From contig CAWJET010000001.1 in assembly GCA_963842085.1 (NCBI GenBank), positions 480,001-544,000 of the forward strand: 64,000 nt of DNA, read 5' to 3'. Source of the stretch: an uncultured delta proteobacterium. Lineage in GTDB: Bacteria > Desulfobacterota > Binatia > Binatales > Binataceae. The position numbers and the translations under genes were made by a program. The notes below the pieces were generated by a model that was not told the DNA's origin, searched no databases, and saw nothing but the letters and a program-made list of their open reading frames with translations. Shown one piece after another: positions 1 to 11,601 of the stretch (within the stretch, counting starts at the first letter, position 1; each line of letters starts with the position of its first letter).

Positions 1-861
1 TGCTGAATATCGCCGAGCCCGTACACCATCGCGGTCTTGGTGGCGCCAAGCTTGATCCATTCCGCGCAATCGAGCTGTACTCTTTTGTAGAACTGTTCGG
101 AGAGCTCAAGGGACTCCTTGCTCACCTCGTCGATCCGATCGAACTTGCACTGAAAGGCAAACTCGCCCGACAGTGACTTTTCCAGCGCCCGGCTCCGCCA
201 TATCGCGATGGTGGTCTTACCCTTGAAGTGGTGCCCGAAGTGGATCACGCCCATGGTATTTTGCACCTCCTCGACCGCTACGTTGTTGACCAGCGCCATT
301 TTGGTTCTGGGCCGTATGTCTATCTGCTTCAGGGTCGGGAACGCGCGGGCGATGTCCTCGATACCGCGGTCGAGTTCAATGTTCGGCGATGTAAGCACGC
401 AACCGTGAGAGTAGACGCTGCGCATTCCGCCGGTCGCGCTCGAGCAACAACTCCTCTTTGAACTTTATCTCATCGTGACCACCCAATTGCGGACGCACGT
501 CAACGGCTGCGGCGTTCTTGAGCTCCGGGGTCCGGTATTTGAAGGCCAGCTCGTGGCCCGGACGAGGCCATCCCTGGTCGTAAAAAGTCCGCTTTCGCAG
601 AATGAAGTGGTTGTTGTAGAGGTCAAACTCCGGGGTGTCATAGAAGAGCACCTCCCGAACCTGACTGTCGAATGCGTGCTCGTCGACGTCTACTTCAAGG
701 CCGAGTTTCCTGAGAGTCTTGGACGCCGTCTCCCAAAATTCGAGAAAACCATTCTTGCTCGTAAATCGATCGGGCTGCAGCAGAATCTTGTATTCGCGGT
801 AATGAACCACGTCGGCGGCGAGATGCTTGGTTTCGGGATGCTTGCTTATGTGCTTTTCCAT
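1..861 (-). pseudogene. CYTH/VTC-like conserved protein, frameshifted near 435, runs off the window start
   Basis: ORF 376..861 has REYKILL and FYDTPEFDLYNNHFILRKR motifs. A second frame continues GMRSVYSHGCVLTSPNIELDRG...LGATKTAMVYG to position 1. Confidence 0.6.
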
Positions 862-1047
862 GGGTCAAATTGCACCACATTTCGAAGAACTTGGCAAAAA
901 GCGAGGCAAGTATGTCTGCCGCTCATAAGTGACCTCGATGCGGAGAGCATTACGCTGTCATAGGTAAGGTCATTCTCCCTGAGCGTCACTCCGGCTGCCT
1001 CAATTTGCGGTGAGTGATGCGAACGTTCAGAATCGTTCCTCTCGTAA

Positions 1048-2404
<1,357 letters not shown>

Positions 2405-2857
2405 GGCAGTCAGAGCAAAACGCGTTATCTCCGAAGGCGGACGTTGATTGCGGCGGACGGTCGCACAATATCGTTGACAGCCGAACGGCGTGGGGCTAAT
2501 CGTAAGCCGCTTAAGATAAACTAGGCCGGCGGCCGGGCGAGTATCCGACTCAGACGCGCGGTGGAGATGGAAGCGCGTTGATGAGGTCCTCGAACAGGTC
2601 GGCCTCGGGATGCCCCACGAGCGATAAACCCGGAGATCTGGCGGAGCAGTATTCCCGGTCCATCAGGTGAGAATTAATCGCGTCCGTGACAGGCGGCTGA
2701 GCAAGCACTTAAGTTGACCCAGAGCTATTCGAGCTTGAACCCGAAGATATTCACCTGGAATGTAATGCGTGACGTGCGTTTTCCAAATTAGGACACTACC
2801 CTACGCCTTTGCCGAGCTTGCGACAACGGCATCCGGCCAGTTAGGGAGGATGAATGC

Positions 2858-2953
2858 GCGACGCTCGCCGAAATCTACAACTGGGTCACCGAGGGCTTCG
2901 ACACCGCCGACCTGAAGGACGCCAAGGCGCTGCTCGACGAACTGAGCGGGTAG
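2858..2953 (+). pseudogene. C-terminal fragment of an adenylate cyclase/AAA-TPR protein
   Basis: Translates LAEIYNWVTEGFDTADLKDAKALLDELSG*, the typical C-terminus of this family; no start codon. Confidence 0.75.
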
Positions 2954-2993
2954 CATCGCCGCTGCTGGAAGGACGACTCGTGGCAGTGAAAGA

Positions 2994-3566
2994 GTGAAGA
3001 AAGTGAAAATCGAAATCGTTCCTTACAATCCGGCATGGCCGGCGGAGTTCCACGAAATCGGAAAACAGATCAGAGGGGCGGTAGGAGACGCTGCATTGAC
3101 GATTCATCATATCGGCTCTACTGCGGTGCCGGGATTGATCGCTAAAGACGTCATCGATGTGCAGATGGGGGTCGCCGATTTTTCACCGCCATGGAAGACC
3201 CGTCTCGAGGCCATCGGATTTGAGGATGGTCAAGGCTTTCGGGATCACTGCCCGCCCGGAACGGAGCTTTCAGCGGAACAGTTGGAGAAGCGCTTCTTTA
3301 AAGTGAAGCGCCGTGCGGCCCACCTGCACATCCGCGTGCAGGGACGCTTCAACTATCGATACGCAATACTGTTCCGCGACTACTTGCGCGCACATTCGAT
3401 GGCCGCGAATGCCTATGGCGAAGTGAAGAAAAATCTGGCGCGCTACTTCGCTGGCGATATGGACGCTTACTACGCGATCAAAGATCCAGTCTGCGATTGC
3501 ATCATGTGCGGTGCGTTCGATTGGGCTCGCTCCACCGATTGGAAGCCTGGACCGTCCGATGCTTAG
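2994..3566 (+). CDS. GrpB family nucleotidyltransferase-like protein
   Basis: IVPYNPAWPAEF, HHIGSTAVPGLIAKDVIDVQ and LFRDYLR motifs. Confidence 0.9.
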   Translation: MKKVKIEIVPYNPAWPAEFHEIGKQIRGAVGDAALTIHHIGSTAVPGLIAKDVIDVQMGVADFSPPWKTRLEAIGFEDGQGFRDHCPPGTELSAEQLEKRFFKVKRRAAHLHIRVQGRFNYRYAILFRDYLRAHSMAANAYGEVKKNLARYFAGDMDAYYAIKDPVCDCIMCGAFDWARSTDWKPGPSDA

Positions 3567-3699
3567 CGATCATACCTTATCGCCGCTGAGCCATAGAATG
3601 AACTCTTCCACGTAGGAGGCCGATGCCATGAATGTGCAGGACGTTTTTCGGAGGTTATGCGAGGTCATTTCGGACTCAATGCGAAAGTTGGGGATTCCT

Positions 3700-4459
3700 G
3701 GTGTGTGGGGCGGCCAAGCCACAAGCCGGTGTTTCGATTCAAAAGCTTTCTCTATCAGGCCGCAAGTTGGACGATAGCCCGGCGGGTGGTGGCGAAAGTC
3801 GAGTTCTTTTGGGGGGAGTTATTTCCCCGCGTCGGCTTCATCGTGACCAATCTGGGGACTTCAAGCCGGGCGGTGGTGCGCTTCTACAACAAGCGCGGGA
3901 CCGCGGAACAATGGATAAAGGAAAGCAAGCAGGCGGTCGCGCTGACGCGGCTTAGCTGCCACCGCTTTCGCGCCAACGAGGTGCGACTCTGGTTGAGCGT
4001 CATCGCCTATAACCTGGGAAACTTGTGGCGGCGGCTGGCGCTGCCAACGCGGGTGGCCACCTGGTCGCTGACCAGCTTGCAGCAGCGGTTGGTCAAGACC
4101 GGCGGCCGATTGATCAAACATGCCCGCTACTACTGGTTGCTGCTGGCGGAGAGTCATCTCACGCGGAGGCTGTTCGCGGGCATGCTGGCGAAGATCGCGA
4201 TGCTGCCATCGCCGGCGGGATAAAGTGAGCGCGAAGCGGAGCAAATTTCGATGACGACGCCGGGGATGCAGGGAGAAGTGTTACCAGAATCGATGGGGAA
4301 AACGGCGTCTTCAGCCGTCGAAAGCCCGCCCGACGCGAAACCGGTCACTTCTGCAATTACTAGGAACACTGAGGACCAAAATCGGCTAAAACCTTGCAGC
4401 GGAAAGCCCTTTGATCTATGGAACGAGTTGGAATTGGAAAGTCAAAAAGGAAATTCCCG
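3700..4459 (+). mobile_element. IS1380-family transposase, 3' remnant (stop at 4223) with probable right end
   Basis: YQAASW..RRVVAKVE..GELFPRVGFIVTNL..FYNKRGTAEQWIKE..LSCHRFRANEVRL; 5' part missing; GGAAATTCCCG at 4449-4459 resembles an IS1380 end. Confidence 0.85.
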
Positions 4460-4546
4460 TGCAAAGAACCAGATTGGCCGATATCCTGCCCGTCGCTGGC
4501 CGATTGGCGGTCCTCTGGGAAATCCAGCACAAGGAGACTGAGCAGG

Positions 4547-5422
4547 ATGTCCGACGCGGCGACGATCAACGCCGACATGCTTTCCTTCTGGAACGGGCAA
4601 GGTGGCCGCATCTGGGTGACGCGGCAGGCGCATACCGATTCCACCCTGGCGCCGGTGACGGATGCGCTGGTCAATTTCGCCGCGCCACGCGCCGGCGAGA
4701 TTGTGCTGGACGTCGGCTGTGGTTGCGGTGCGCCGACCTTGGAATTCGCGCGCAAGGTCGGCCCCTCGGGCCACGTGGTTGGGATGGATATTTCCGGGCC
4801 GATGCTGGCCGAAGGCGCGGCGCGTGCCAAGGCCGCCGGCATTGGCAATATCGATTGGCGGCAGGATGACCCCGCCACGGCGAAGCTCGAGGGGTTTGAC
4901 CTGCTCGTCTCGGCCTTTGGCGTGATGTTCTTTGGCGACATGGTGGGAGCCTTCACGAACATGCGGCGCGCCGCCAAGCCGGGCGCCCGCATAGCGTTGG
5001 TGTGCTGGCGGGGTCTGGCTGAGAACCCTTGGATGGAGGTGCCGATGAACGCGGTGGCGCAGCATTTGCCGCCGCGGCCGAAAGGGACTTCGAATACGCC
5101 TGGCATGTTTGCCTTTGCCAATCCCGAGTACGTATCCCAAGTTCTCACCGCTGCCGGTTGGGCGGCGCCGCGGTTCGAGACTCTCGACTTGCATTTGGAT
5201 ATCGCCGCCGGCCGTGGGCTGGAGGAGGCCGTGGTGCAGTCGACGCAGATAGGCGCGGTCAACAGCTGGCTGCGCAATCAGCCGGCCGAGATCCTCTCCG
5301 CTTCCACCCAATCCCTGCGCGAGGCTCTGGCGCCATACGCGGACGGCGCAAACGTTCGCCTGCCCGGCGCAATGTGGTTAATCGGCTCTAAACTCCATTT
5401 TCCGTTGCGTGAAATCGGATGA
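4547..5422 (+). CDS. Class I SAM-dependent methyltransferase
   Basis: VLDVGCGCG and GMDISGPML motifs; ATG at 4547 follows an AAGGAG RBS. Confidence 0.9.
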   Translation: MSDAATINADMLSFWNGQGGRIWVTRQAHTDSTLAPVTDALVNFAAPRAGEIVLDVGCGCGAPTLEFARKVGPSGHVVGMDISGPMLAEGAARAKAAGIGNIDWRQDDPATAKLEGFDLLVSAFGVMFFGDMVGAFTNMRRAAKPGARIALVCWRGLAENPWMEVPMNAVAQHLPPRPKGTSNTPGMFAFANPEYVSQVLTAAGWAAPRFETLDLHLDIAAGRGLEEAVVQSTQIGAVNSWLRNQPAEILSASTQSLREALAPYADGANVRLPGAMWLIGSKLHFPLREIG

Positions 5423-5451
5423 TTTTCATTCATACCTCCGCCGACACGTTC

Positions 5452-5787
5452 TTACCTGAGCATCGGCCATAAGGTGAGCGCGGTTTCACTAAAAAGCCAA
5501 CGGCGGTCCTCTTCCGACACGAACGACAGTTCGTTCAACGCCAGTTCGAGCTGCTCCTTTAGTCCGCGATCGAAGGTGGCGGGAAAGTTGGACCCCCACA
5601 TCATTCGCTTGGCGCCGAATCTGTCCAGCAAGCAGCGGAAGAAATCCTTCGCGGTGCTTTTTCCTTTGACGGCGGCGCAAAGGTTTTCAGTCGAGAACTT
5701 AAGATAAAAGTTTGGGAAGCGGGCGAGTTGCAGTGTAGGCTCGGCGGCTTTATAAGGCGCGCCGTCGGCGGTGGGTGGAAATCCAAC
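5452..5787 (-). pseudogene. Amidohydrolase_2-family C-terminal fragment
   Basis: Startless frame LARFPNFYLKFS...FGAKRMMWGSNFP...WLFSETALTLW*, not in the ORF track. Confidence 0.75.
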
Positions 5788-5953
5788 GTAATACGCCTGG
5801 TAGGCTTCCAGCTTGAGCTCGAGATCGCCCTGGCCCCAAAACAGTGTCCGGTCGAGAAACTCTCGCCGTATTGTCCCGATCAGTCGCTCAACGAAAGCAT
5901 GCGAGCGGGGCGTGCCGGGAACGGTCTTGATCTCGTCGACCTCGAGTACCCGA
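5788..5953 (-). pseudogene. rve/integrase-core transposase fragment
   Basis: TVPGTPRSHAFVERLIGTIRREFLDRTLFWG..LEAYQAYY. Confidence 0.75.
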
Positions 5954-6211
5954 AGGCAGTAAGAAAGCGGCCTTCGAGAGCGGACGGCCCCCGAGGTCCG
6001 AAAATTAACCTCATCACACTTCGCCTGCCGTCACGTGACGATGCCACCGGATCACGGTCTCAGACTAGACCACGGTGATCGCATCCAGAATCGAGGCGAA
6101 CGGTCGGTACAGCCAAACGAAGCTCCTCAGGGTTGATGGATTTTTCAGTCGGCTGTGTTAAGGCTGATCGCGTAAGGTCAAACTTCTCTTCATGAAAAGG
6201 AGCGCACTGTT

Positions 6212-6652
6212 ATGGCGATCACGCTGAAAAAGATCACGCTTTGGCGCAAAGAGGTCGACGACAAGCCAGGAGCGCTCGCCGAAACGCTGGCGCTACTTGC
6301 ACAGGCCCGCACTGACCTGCAGACAGTGATGGGCTACGGATATCCGGGGGACCAGGGCAAAGCGGCCATCGAGCTGCATCCGGTGTCGGGCAAGAACGCT
6401 ATCGAGGCTGCCCGATCGGCGGGATTGGCGGCTTCGTCGATCCCGACCGTGCTCGTGCAGGGCGACAACAGACCCGGCCTAGGCCACACTATCGCCAAGG
6501 CGCTGGGAGACGCCGGTATCAACGTGGGCTTCGTGCTGGCTCAGGTGGTCGGCCGCAAGTATGCCGCCGTGTTTGGATTCGAGAACGATTCCGATGCGGC
6601 GAAGGCGATCACCCTCATCAGAAAGGCTACAGCCCCAGCCCGAAAGCGTTAA
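6212..6652 (+). CDS. Tandem ACT-domain protein
   Basis: DDKPGALAETL and DNRPGLGHTIAKALGDAGINV ACT signatures; AAGGAG RBS. Confidence 0.85.
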   Translation: MAITLKKITLWRKEVDDKPGALAETLALLAQARTDLQTVMGYGYPGDQGKAAIELHPVSGKNAIEAARSAGLAASSIPTVLVQGDNRPGLGHTIAKALGDAGINVGFVLAQVVGRKYAAVFGFENDSDAAKAITLIRKATAPARKR

Positions 6653-6881
6653 CCCGGCTCCGGTACGAGCGGCATGCCGCCCCAGCTGGGCGCTAGGTTC
6701 GGCGCTACACTTGGACTTTGTCGGTGGTCGCCCAATCTGAAGAAGGCCGTCGATTACACTGCCGAAGCTTGAACTAATCGCCCGTGGGCGGCGCGAAGGC
6801 TGGAGTGCTTGGGGCAATCAGGCCGCCGCATAGTCGGGCTGGTCAGCAAAGGGCCCCGCCAAGTCTATGTCGAGGGACGAC

Positions 6882-6955
6882 TCCCATCGGCGGCACGCCT
6901 CCCATCCACACATTCCCTTGCGCTTGGAAGGCGCTATTTTGTCCCGAATACGATT
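6882..6955 (-). pseudogene. Short relic of a large serine recombinase
   Basis: RIRDKIAPSKRKGM, then frameshift, then WMGGVPPMG; matches the two intact LSRs in the window. Confidence 0.7.
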
Positions 6956-7398
6956 CTTCCGAATCTGGTTGTGCCGGTTGACCGGATGTACGTGGGCATG
7001 TTTCTGTTTGCCTACCGGCCGGATGATTTCGAGCACGAGCCGAATAAGGCCGGTGAGTGCGAGCGAAAAACGTTTCGGGTCGCGTTTCAGTGCTTCTCGC
7101 GGATCGCGACTGGGATAAGACCAAACGCGGCTGACTATCAAAGGAGAAATGAGGTCCATACGAGCGTCACAAAGCTGATCGACAATGCGATTTTTGGGTT
7201 TGTCGAGCGCGCACGACTATCCACGGGCGGCGGGGCTTGGATAAACACGCAGTTAACGAACCCTGTCATTCCACGGATAGTAAATAACCACATAGCTGGA
7301 ACCTCCGGTGCCGCCGTTGCGGCACGCAGCATAGCCTGCGACGCCACCGCCGCCGCTGTAGTTCGGACCGCCGTCTGCGTCCTGTTCGGAGAGGAAGA

Positions 7399-7749
7399 TC
7401 AGCACGTCACGTGGAGAATGGCATTTGTTCCTCGGGGCTGGTCGGAGAGCGCCTCGATGGCTTCGTCGGTCGGCAAAATCAGCAGTTCGATTCCTCGGCG
7501 GCGGGCCTCGTGCTTGACCTCGCTCATCACCGGAAGCGACCCGTACTTTCCCGTGCCGACGACGAGCCGATGGCACTTCCACGGTACCGCTTCCTCGACC
7601 GAAACCGGGGTATGTCCGAATGCCCCTCGGAATTTTTTCGAGGGCTTCTTCCTGCGCTTGCGAATCCTGCCGCCGTCAATGACGACGTCATGTTCATAAG
7701 TGAGGCCATCGATCTCAATTCCACCGAACCGAAATTTGCCAAATTTCAA
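7399..7749 (-). CDS. Mth938/NDUFAF3-like (DUF498) protein
   Basis: FGGIEIDGLTYEHDVVI, LVVGTGKYG and TDEAI..NAILHVTC motifs. Confidence 0.85.
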   Translation of the reverse strand: MKFGKFRFGGIEIDGLTYEHDVVIDGGRIRKRRKKPSKKFRGAFGHTPVSVEEAVPWKCHRLVVGTGKYGSLPVMSEVKHEARRRGIELLILPTDEAIEALSDQPRGTNAILHVTC

Positions 7750-7979
7750 GGGCGGCGTTCTCCGTTCAGGTGGCTCCTATCCGCAAGGCGACAGTAGCGC
7801 TTCGCGAGGGACGCTGCCAGCATCCAAAGGCTGGGCGGGCTTGGCCCGCCTGCCCGAGGGCCGCCGAGGTTCGTGCGGAAAAGCGCAACCGGGTCTTACG
7901 GTCTTGATGGCCCGCGAAGCGTGGGGCGGTAAAATGGACCCGGCGGCGCAAGACGCTGACTGGGCATGAAACTGGATGC

Positions 7980-8993
7980 TTGAAGCACGGATTATGCGAG
8001 TCGCCAACATGCCATATTTTGATTCCAATAACGCATAGCGTGGCGGTGTTCCGTTACATTCGCGACGGTACGTATTTCCGGGCTTGGCCACAGGGATTCT
8101 CCTTCACGATCGGGGGCGTGACGTTCGAGCTGCAGGAGCCGGAGGTGAACCGCCAGTTGATTCAAGCGTGGCCCTTCGTTGCGTGGTGCGATGTCGAGGC
8201 GGCGGATATCGAACGCGCGCTGGTCATCGGGCATGAGCGCTGTGCGGTGGCCGCGGATGTCGCCGTGCTTATCTCCGGATACCGGATTGACCTTGGGATT
8301 GAGGGTGTGCGTCCTCAGGTGGGCGGCGCTGATTTGCCCGGAATCGTGCAGATTCCGGCCGCATTCCGCTTCCGGAGCGATCCGGCCACGGAAGGTGAAC
8401 AGCAAGCGATGCTTCGCCAGGCCGTGCTGCCGCACTTTCCGCTTGCTCAGGCGCCGCAGCCGACATCGGTACTTCATGCCATGCGGTGGTACGCTGAATC
8501 GGTGCGGGAGACAGACTCCATAGACAGATACGTGAAACTGTTCGTTACGTTAGATATGTTCGTTCCTCGGAGTCGGCGAGGATTCGCGGACCGTGGCGCG
8601 GACGTTCTCAGCCCGCAATTTCAATCAGTCAGACGGCGATACATCCGCAAATGCCTTTCCGACCTGGCGGATGTTCGTAATGATCTTTTTCACGAAGGAC
8701 TGGCGGACAGTCGATTGGCAGCAGCGACGCAAATTCTAGAGCGGATAGTTCGAGCGATGTTGCGTCGGCACATCGCTCTTGCAGACGAGTTCCCGGAGGT
8801 GGAGCTTTTCAGGCGCGTCGGAGGCTATGAAGTGAGGCGAGAGGGCGGCGTCTTCGGCTGGCTCAATCCATCTGGCGAGGTCAGCGTTGCGGGCGCTCAA
8901 AATCAACTGCGAGTAGGCGACCCTGACCGCAAAGACGGCAAGCACTATCTGTACGCTCGCGAAGTCGGCGCGGTCATTCGTATGGTGCCGTAA
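7980..8993 (+). CDS. Hypothetical protein with a HEPN-like (ApeA/MauJ-type) motif
   Basis: AMRWYAESV..DRYVKLFVTLD and RNDLFH (Rx4H); start uncertain. Confidence 0.55.
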   Translation: MKHGLCESPTCHILIPITHSVAVFRYIRDGTYFRAWPQGFSFTIGGVTFELQEPEVNRQLIQAWPFVAWCDVEAADIERALVIGHERCAVAADVAVLISGYRIDLGIEGVRPQVGGADLPGIVQIPAAFRFRSDPATEGEQQAMLRQAVLPHFPLAQAPQPTSVLHAMRWYAESVRETDSIDRYVKLFVTLDMFVPRSRRGFADRGADVLSPQFQSVRRRYIRKCLSDLADVRNDLFHEGLADSRLAAATQILERIVRAMLRRHIALADEFPEVELFRRVGGYEVRREGGVFGWLNPSGEVSVAGAQNQLRVGDPDRKDGKHYLYAREVGAVIRMVP

Positions 8994-9014
8994 CCGCAAA
9001 GGCTGGCCGGCTCC

Positions 9015-9443
9015 GTGAAGCTGTCGGAAGTTCTCAGTGACCGTTACACGATCTGGTGGATGGTCGAAGGGCCACTGTTGCTGTTGGTCATCTACGCGGC
9101 TTTGCCTTCAGGCTTCCTGCGAAAGCTTTTCGATAGCGCGATAAGTTCTGTGCAAAGGCTTTTCGGTGGGCAGGAGGTGGCCGGCATCAGGTCTGTCTCA
9201 TCCCTCTCAGCGACTCTCTCAGTCACCCGAGGGGAAGTGTCCTGGGGCTATGTCGGGGCGTTCTACGGCGGGTTTTCGGCGGCCGTGTTTTCGATTCCGC
9301 TGTTCGTCGAGCCGGCAAAGCCCTATCGGATAATTTTGAGCGTCCTCAATCTGGCGGCCGCGCTTTATCTGTGTTTTTTCAACGGGTGGTTCAGAAATAA
9401 GGTCATCGGCCTGATCGGAGGGACGAGGAACAGGCCGGATTGA
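9015..9443 (+). CDS. Small multi-pass membrane protein
   Basis: About three hydrophobic segments; starts 21 bp after the HEPN-like gene. Confidence 0.55.
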   Translation: MKLSEVLSDRYTIWWMVEGPLLLLVIYAALPSGFLRKLFDSAISSVQRLFGGQEVAGIRSVSSLSATLSVTRGEVSWGYVGAFYGGFSAAVFSIPLFVEPAKPYRIILSVLNLAAALYLCFFNGWFRNKVIGLIGGTRNRPD

Positions 9444-9620
9444 AGCGGGCCTCACTGCTCGAAGCAGTAGAGGCGGTCGGATACGTTGCATTTATCGCTG
9501 CTCGATGCGGTCCATGTGGAGGTGGTCGAGCTGGTCAGGCCATAATCGCCCTTGTCTCCGTTGCCGGAGTTTGTCCAGGCGGCGCAGTTGGCGGTGGTCG
9601 AAGAGCCGCTTTTGCAGCGC

Positions 9621-10007
9621 CTGGCTGCTGGAGCAAGATGAATTCGAACTGACGGTTCCGATTCTCGACAACCTGACGACAGCTGGTTGTTTGGTTCGGC
9701 AACACTTTGACGAGCCGGCGATGCTAGGCGTGACGAAAGGGCCCGCCGGCCGCTTGTCGAGCTGTTCCGAAACCATCACCGAGAGCTGTCGTCTGGAAGT
9801 TCCAGAACCGGTACCGGCAGTTCGAATTCACTCTGCTCAGCAAGCAGGCTGCAAACCCGCGGTCCCGTTCGAGGCAAATGCGTCGTGATGATGAGGTGCC
9901 CTGTCTCGCCGCCAAATGGGGGTCTGTGTCGACTCGAACAACCAGCTGTCGTCAAGTTGTCGAGAATCGGAACCGTCAGTTCGAATTCATCTTGCTCCAG
10001 CAGCCAG
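9621..10007. repeat. 71-bp inverted repeats (9621-9691 / 9937-10007) ending in tRNA-3'-like motifs; third degenerate copy at 9784-9847
   Basis: 70/71 identity on reverse-complement comparison. Confidence 0.93.
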
Positions 10008-10816
10008 TCACCGCGAAAAGGAATATCCTTCCGTCCGCTGAAGGCTCAGACTGGTCGAAGCACGTCCCATAGCGGGCAGACGCGCTCTCTCTTTTGGCGA
10101 GTATCTGATGGTGCTGCCGATCATTGCGACCCGTATGCTGAGAGTTTCTTGGATAGATGACGCATGAACGCCATCACCGCGTTCCAAACTTCTTTCGCAT
10201 CCTCCGCGTGCAGCCTCCACCACACGTAGCCGGCTGCAAGAAGCGCCAGGCATAGATAGATGAGGCCGCGAGCGGCGCGGTGATACCAGTAGTCCAATCC
10301 GTGTACCTTTCCCGAACTCCCGACCGCAGGTCGTGCAGACTTTGCCCCAGGTCACGCGGAGCGGAGACTTGCAGTGTGAGCAGCGAGGGACAAAGGCTGC
10401 GCGAGTGAACGAGACTATTGTGCGGCGACGCCCGAACTTGCTCTTGTTCTGGAATTTATGTTCCACCGTGCGATGCTGCCTTGTCAGATGTTAGTGATGG
10501 TAGGCTGGGCGCGGGCCCAGCGAAAGTCGCCGGCCTCGTATAAGCGCTTGTGAGGTTTGGCTGATGCTCGACGACTCGAAGGTGCCAACTCCTGATGATC
10601 TCAGGCGTGCCCATGAGGTTTACGTCACGGAAGAACCACGTGATCTCTTCTATCGTTTATCGAGAGAGTTGAAGCGGCATTTGCAGGAGCGGGAAGATAT
10701 TCTCTCGCAGAATCTGCGAACATCTTCAGCTTGTCCGGCATCTTCGAGGCCAAGTCGTTGTATTGCGAGTAATCGTCGGCACCAGGCACAGGTCATCCCC
10801 TCTTCGAACGCCAACC

Positions 10817-11491
10817 TCAGTTGTGATTGTAGCCGCCCGCCTCGGTTTCGGTGAGTGGCCGTGAGAGCGGATGCTTTTCGAGAAGCGCAAGCGAACGGCG
10901 AATGTCTTCCAGTAGAAGGTCGCCGAGGTCACGGCTCACACCGTGGCGAACTAGGATCCGCTGGACTACGAGATCCTCGCGGTTCGGCGGCATCGAGTAG
11001 GCCGGAACCTGCCATCCGCGCGCTCGGAGCCGATCAGAAAGATCGTAAAGAGTGAAGCTGTACTCGATGCCCTCTTTGAGTTTCCAGCAAACCGCGGGAA
11101 GTCCGCCGTGCCCGTCGTGGATGACGCGGAATGGCCCCATCTTGTCGATCTCAGCCGCGATGCGTTGAGCGGTGTGGTAGCAGGCGTTCTGAACTTTCCG
11201 GTAGCCTTCGAACCCCAGCCGCAAAAAATTGTAGTACTGGCAGACGATTTGACCGGCCGGGCGCGAAAAGTTCAACGCGAAGGTCGGCATTTCGCCGCCC
11301 AGGTAGTTGACGTGGAAAATCAGATCTTCCGGCAGGTCCACGTGATCGCGCCACACCACCCATCCCACCCCAAGCGGAGCCAGGCCAAACTTGTGCCCCG
11401 AAGTATTGATTGATTTAACTCTCGGCAGGCGAAAATCCCACGCGAGGTCGGGCTCGCAAGGCGGAGCGAGAAACCCGCCACTGGCGGCATC
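10817..11491 (-). pseudogene. gadB: Glutamate decarboxylase, C-terminal half only
   Basis: [26 protein letters not shown] (PLP lysine)..[16 protein letters not shown]; N-terminus absent. Confidence 0.88.
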
Positions 11492-11601
11492 GCCGCCCCG
11501 ATTGCGCTTGTCCCTGCGTAGTAGTAGCAGGATAATGATACCGCTAGGGAAAGACGTTTTCCTCCGCCTATGACTGAGCGATTGCCGGAGGCTGAGCGAC
11601 G

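Noticed and set aside
2772-2800. Possible IS terminal sequence (AATTAGGACACTACC)
   Set aside because: No partner end or identifiable transposase seen.
6809-7699. 296-aa plus-strand ORF
   Set aside because: Antisense to the Mth938 gene and the LSR relic; no motifs.
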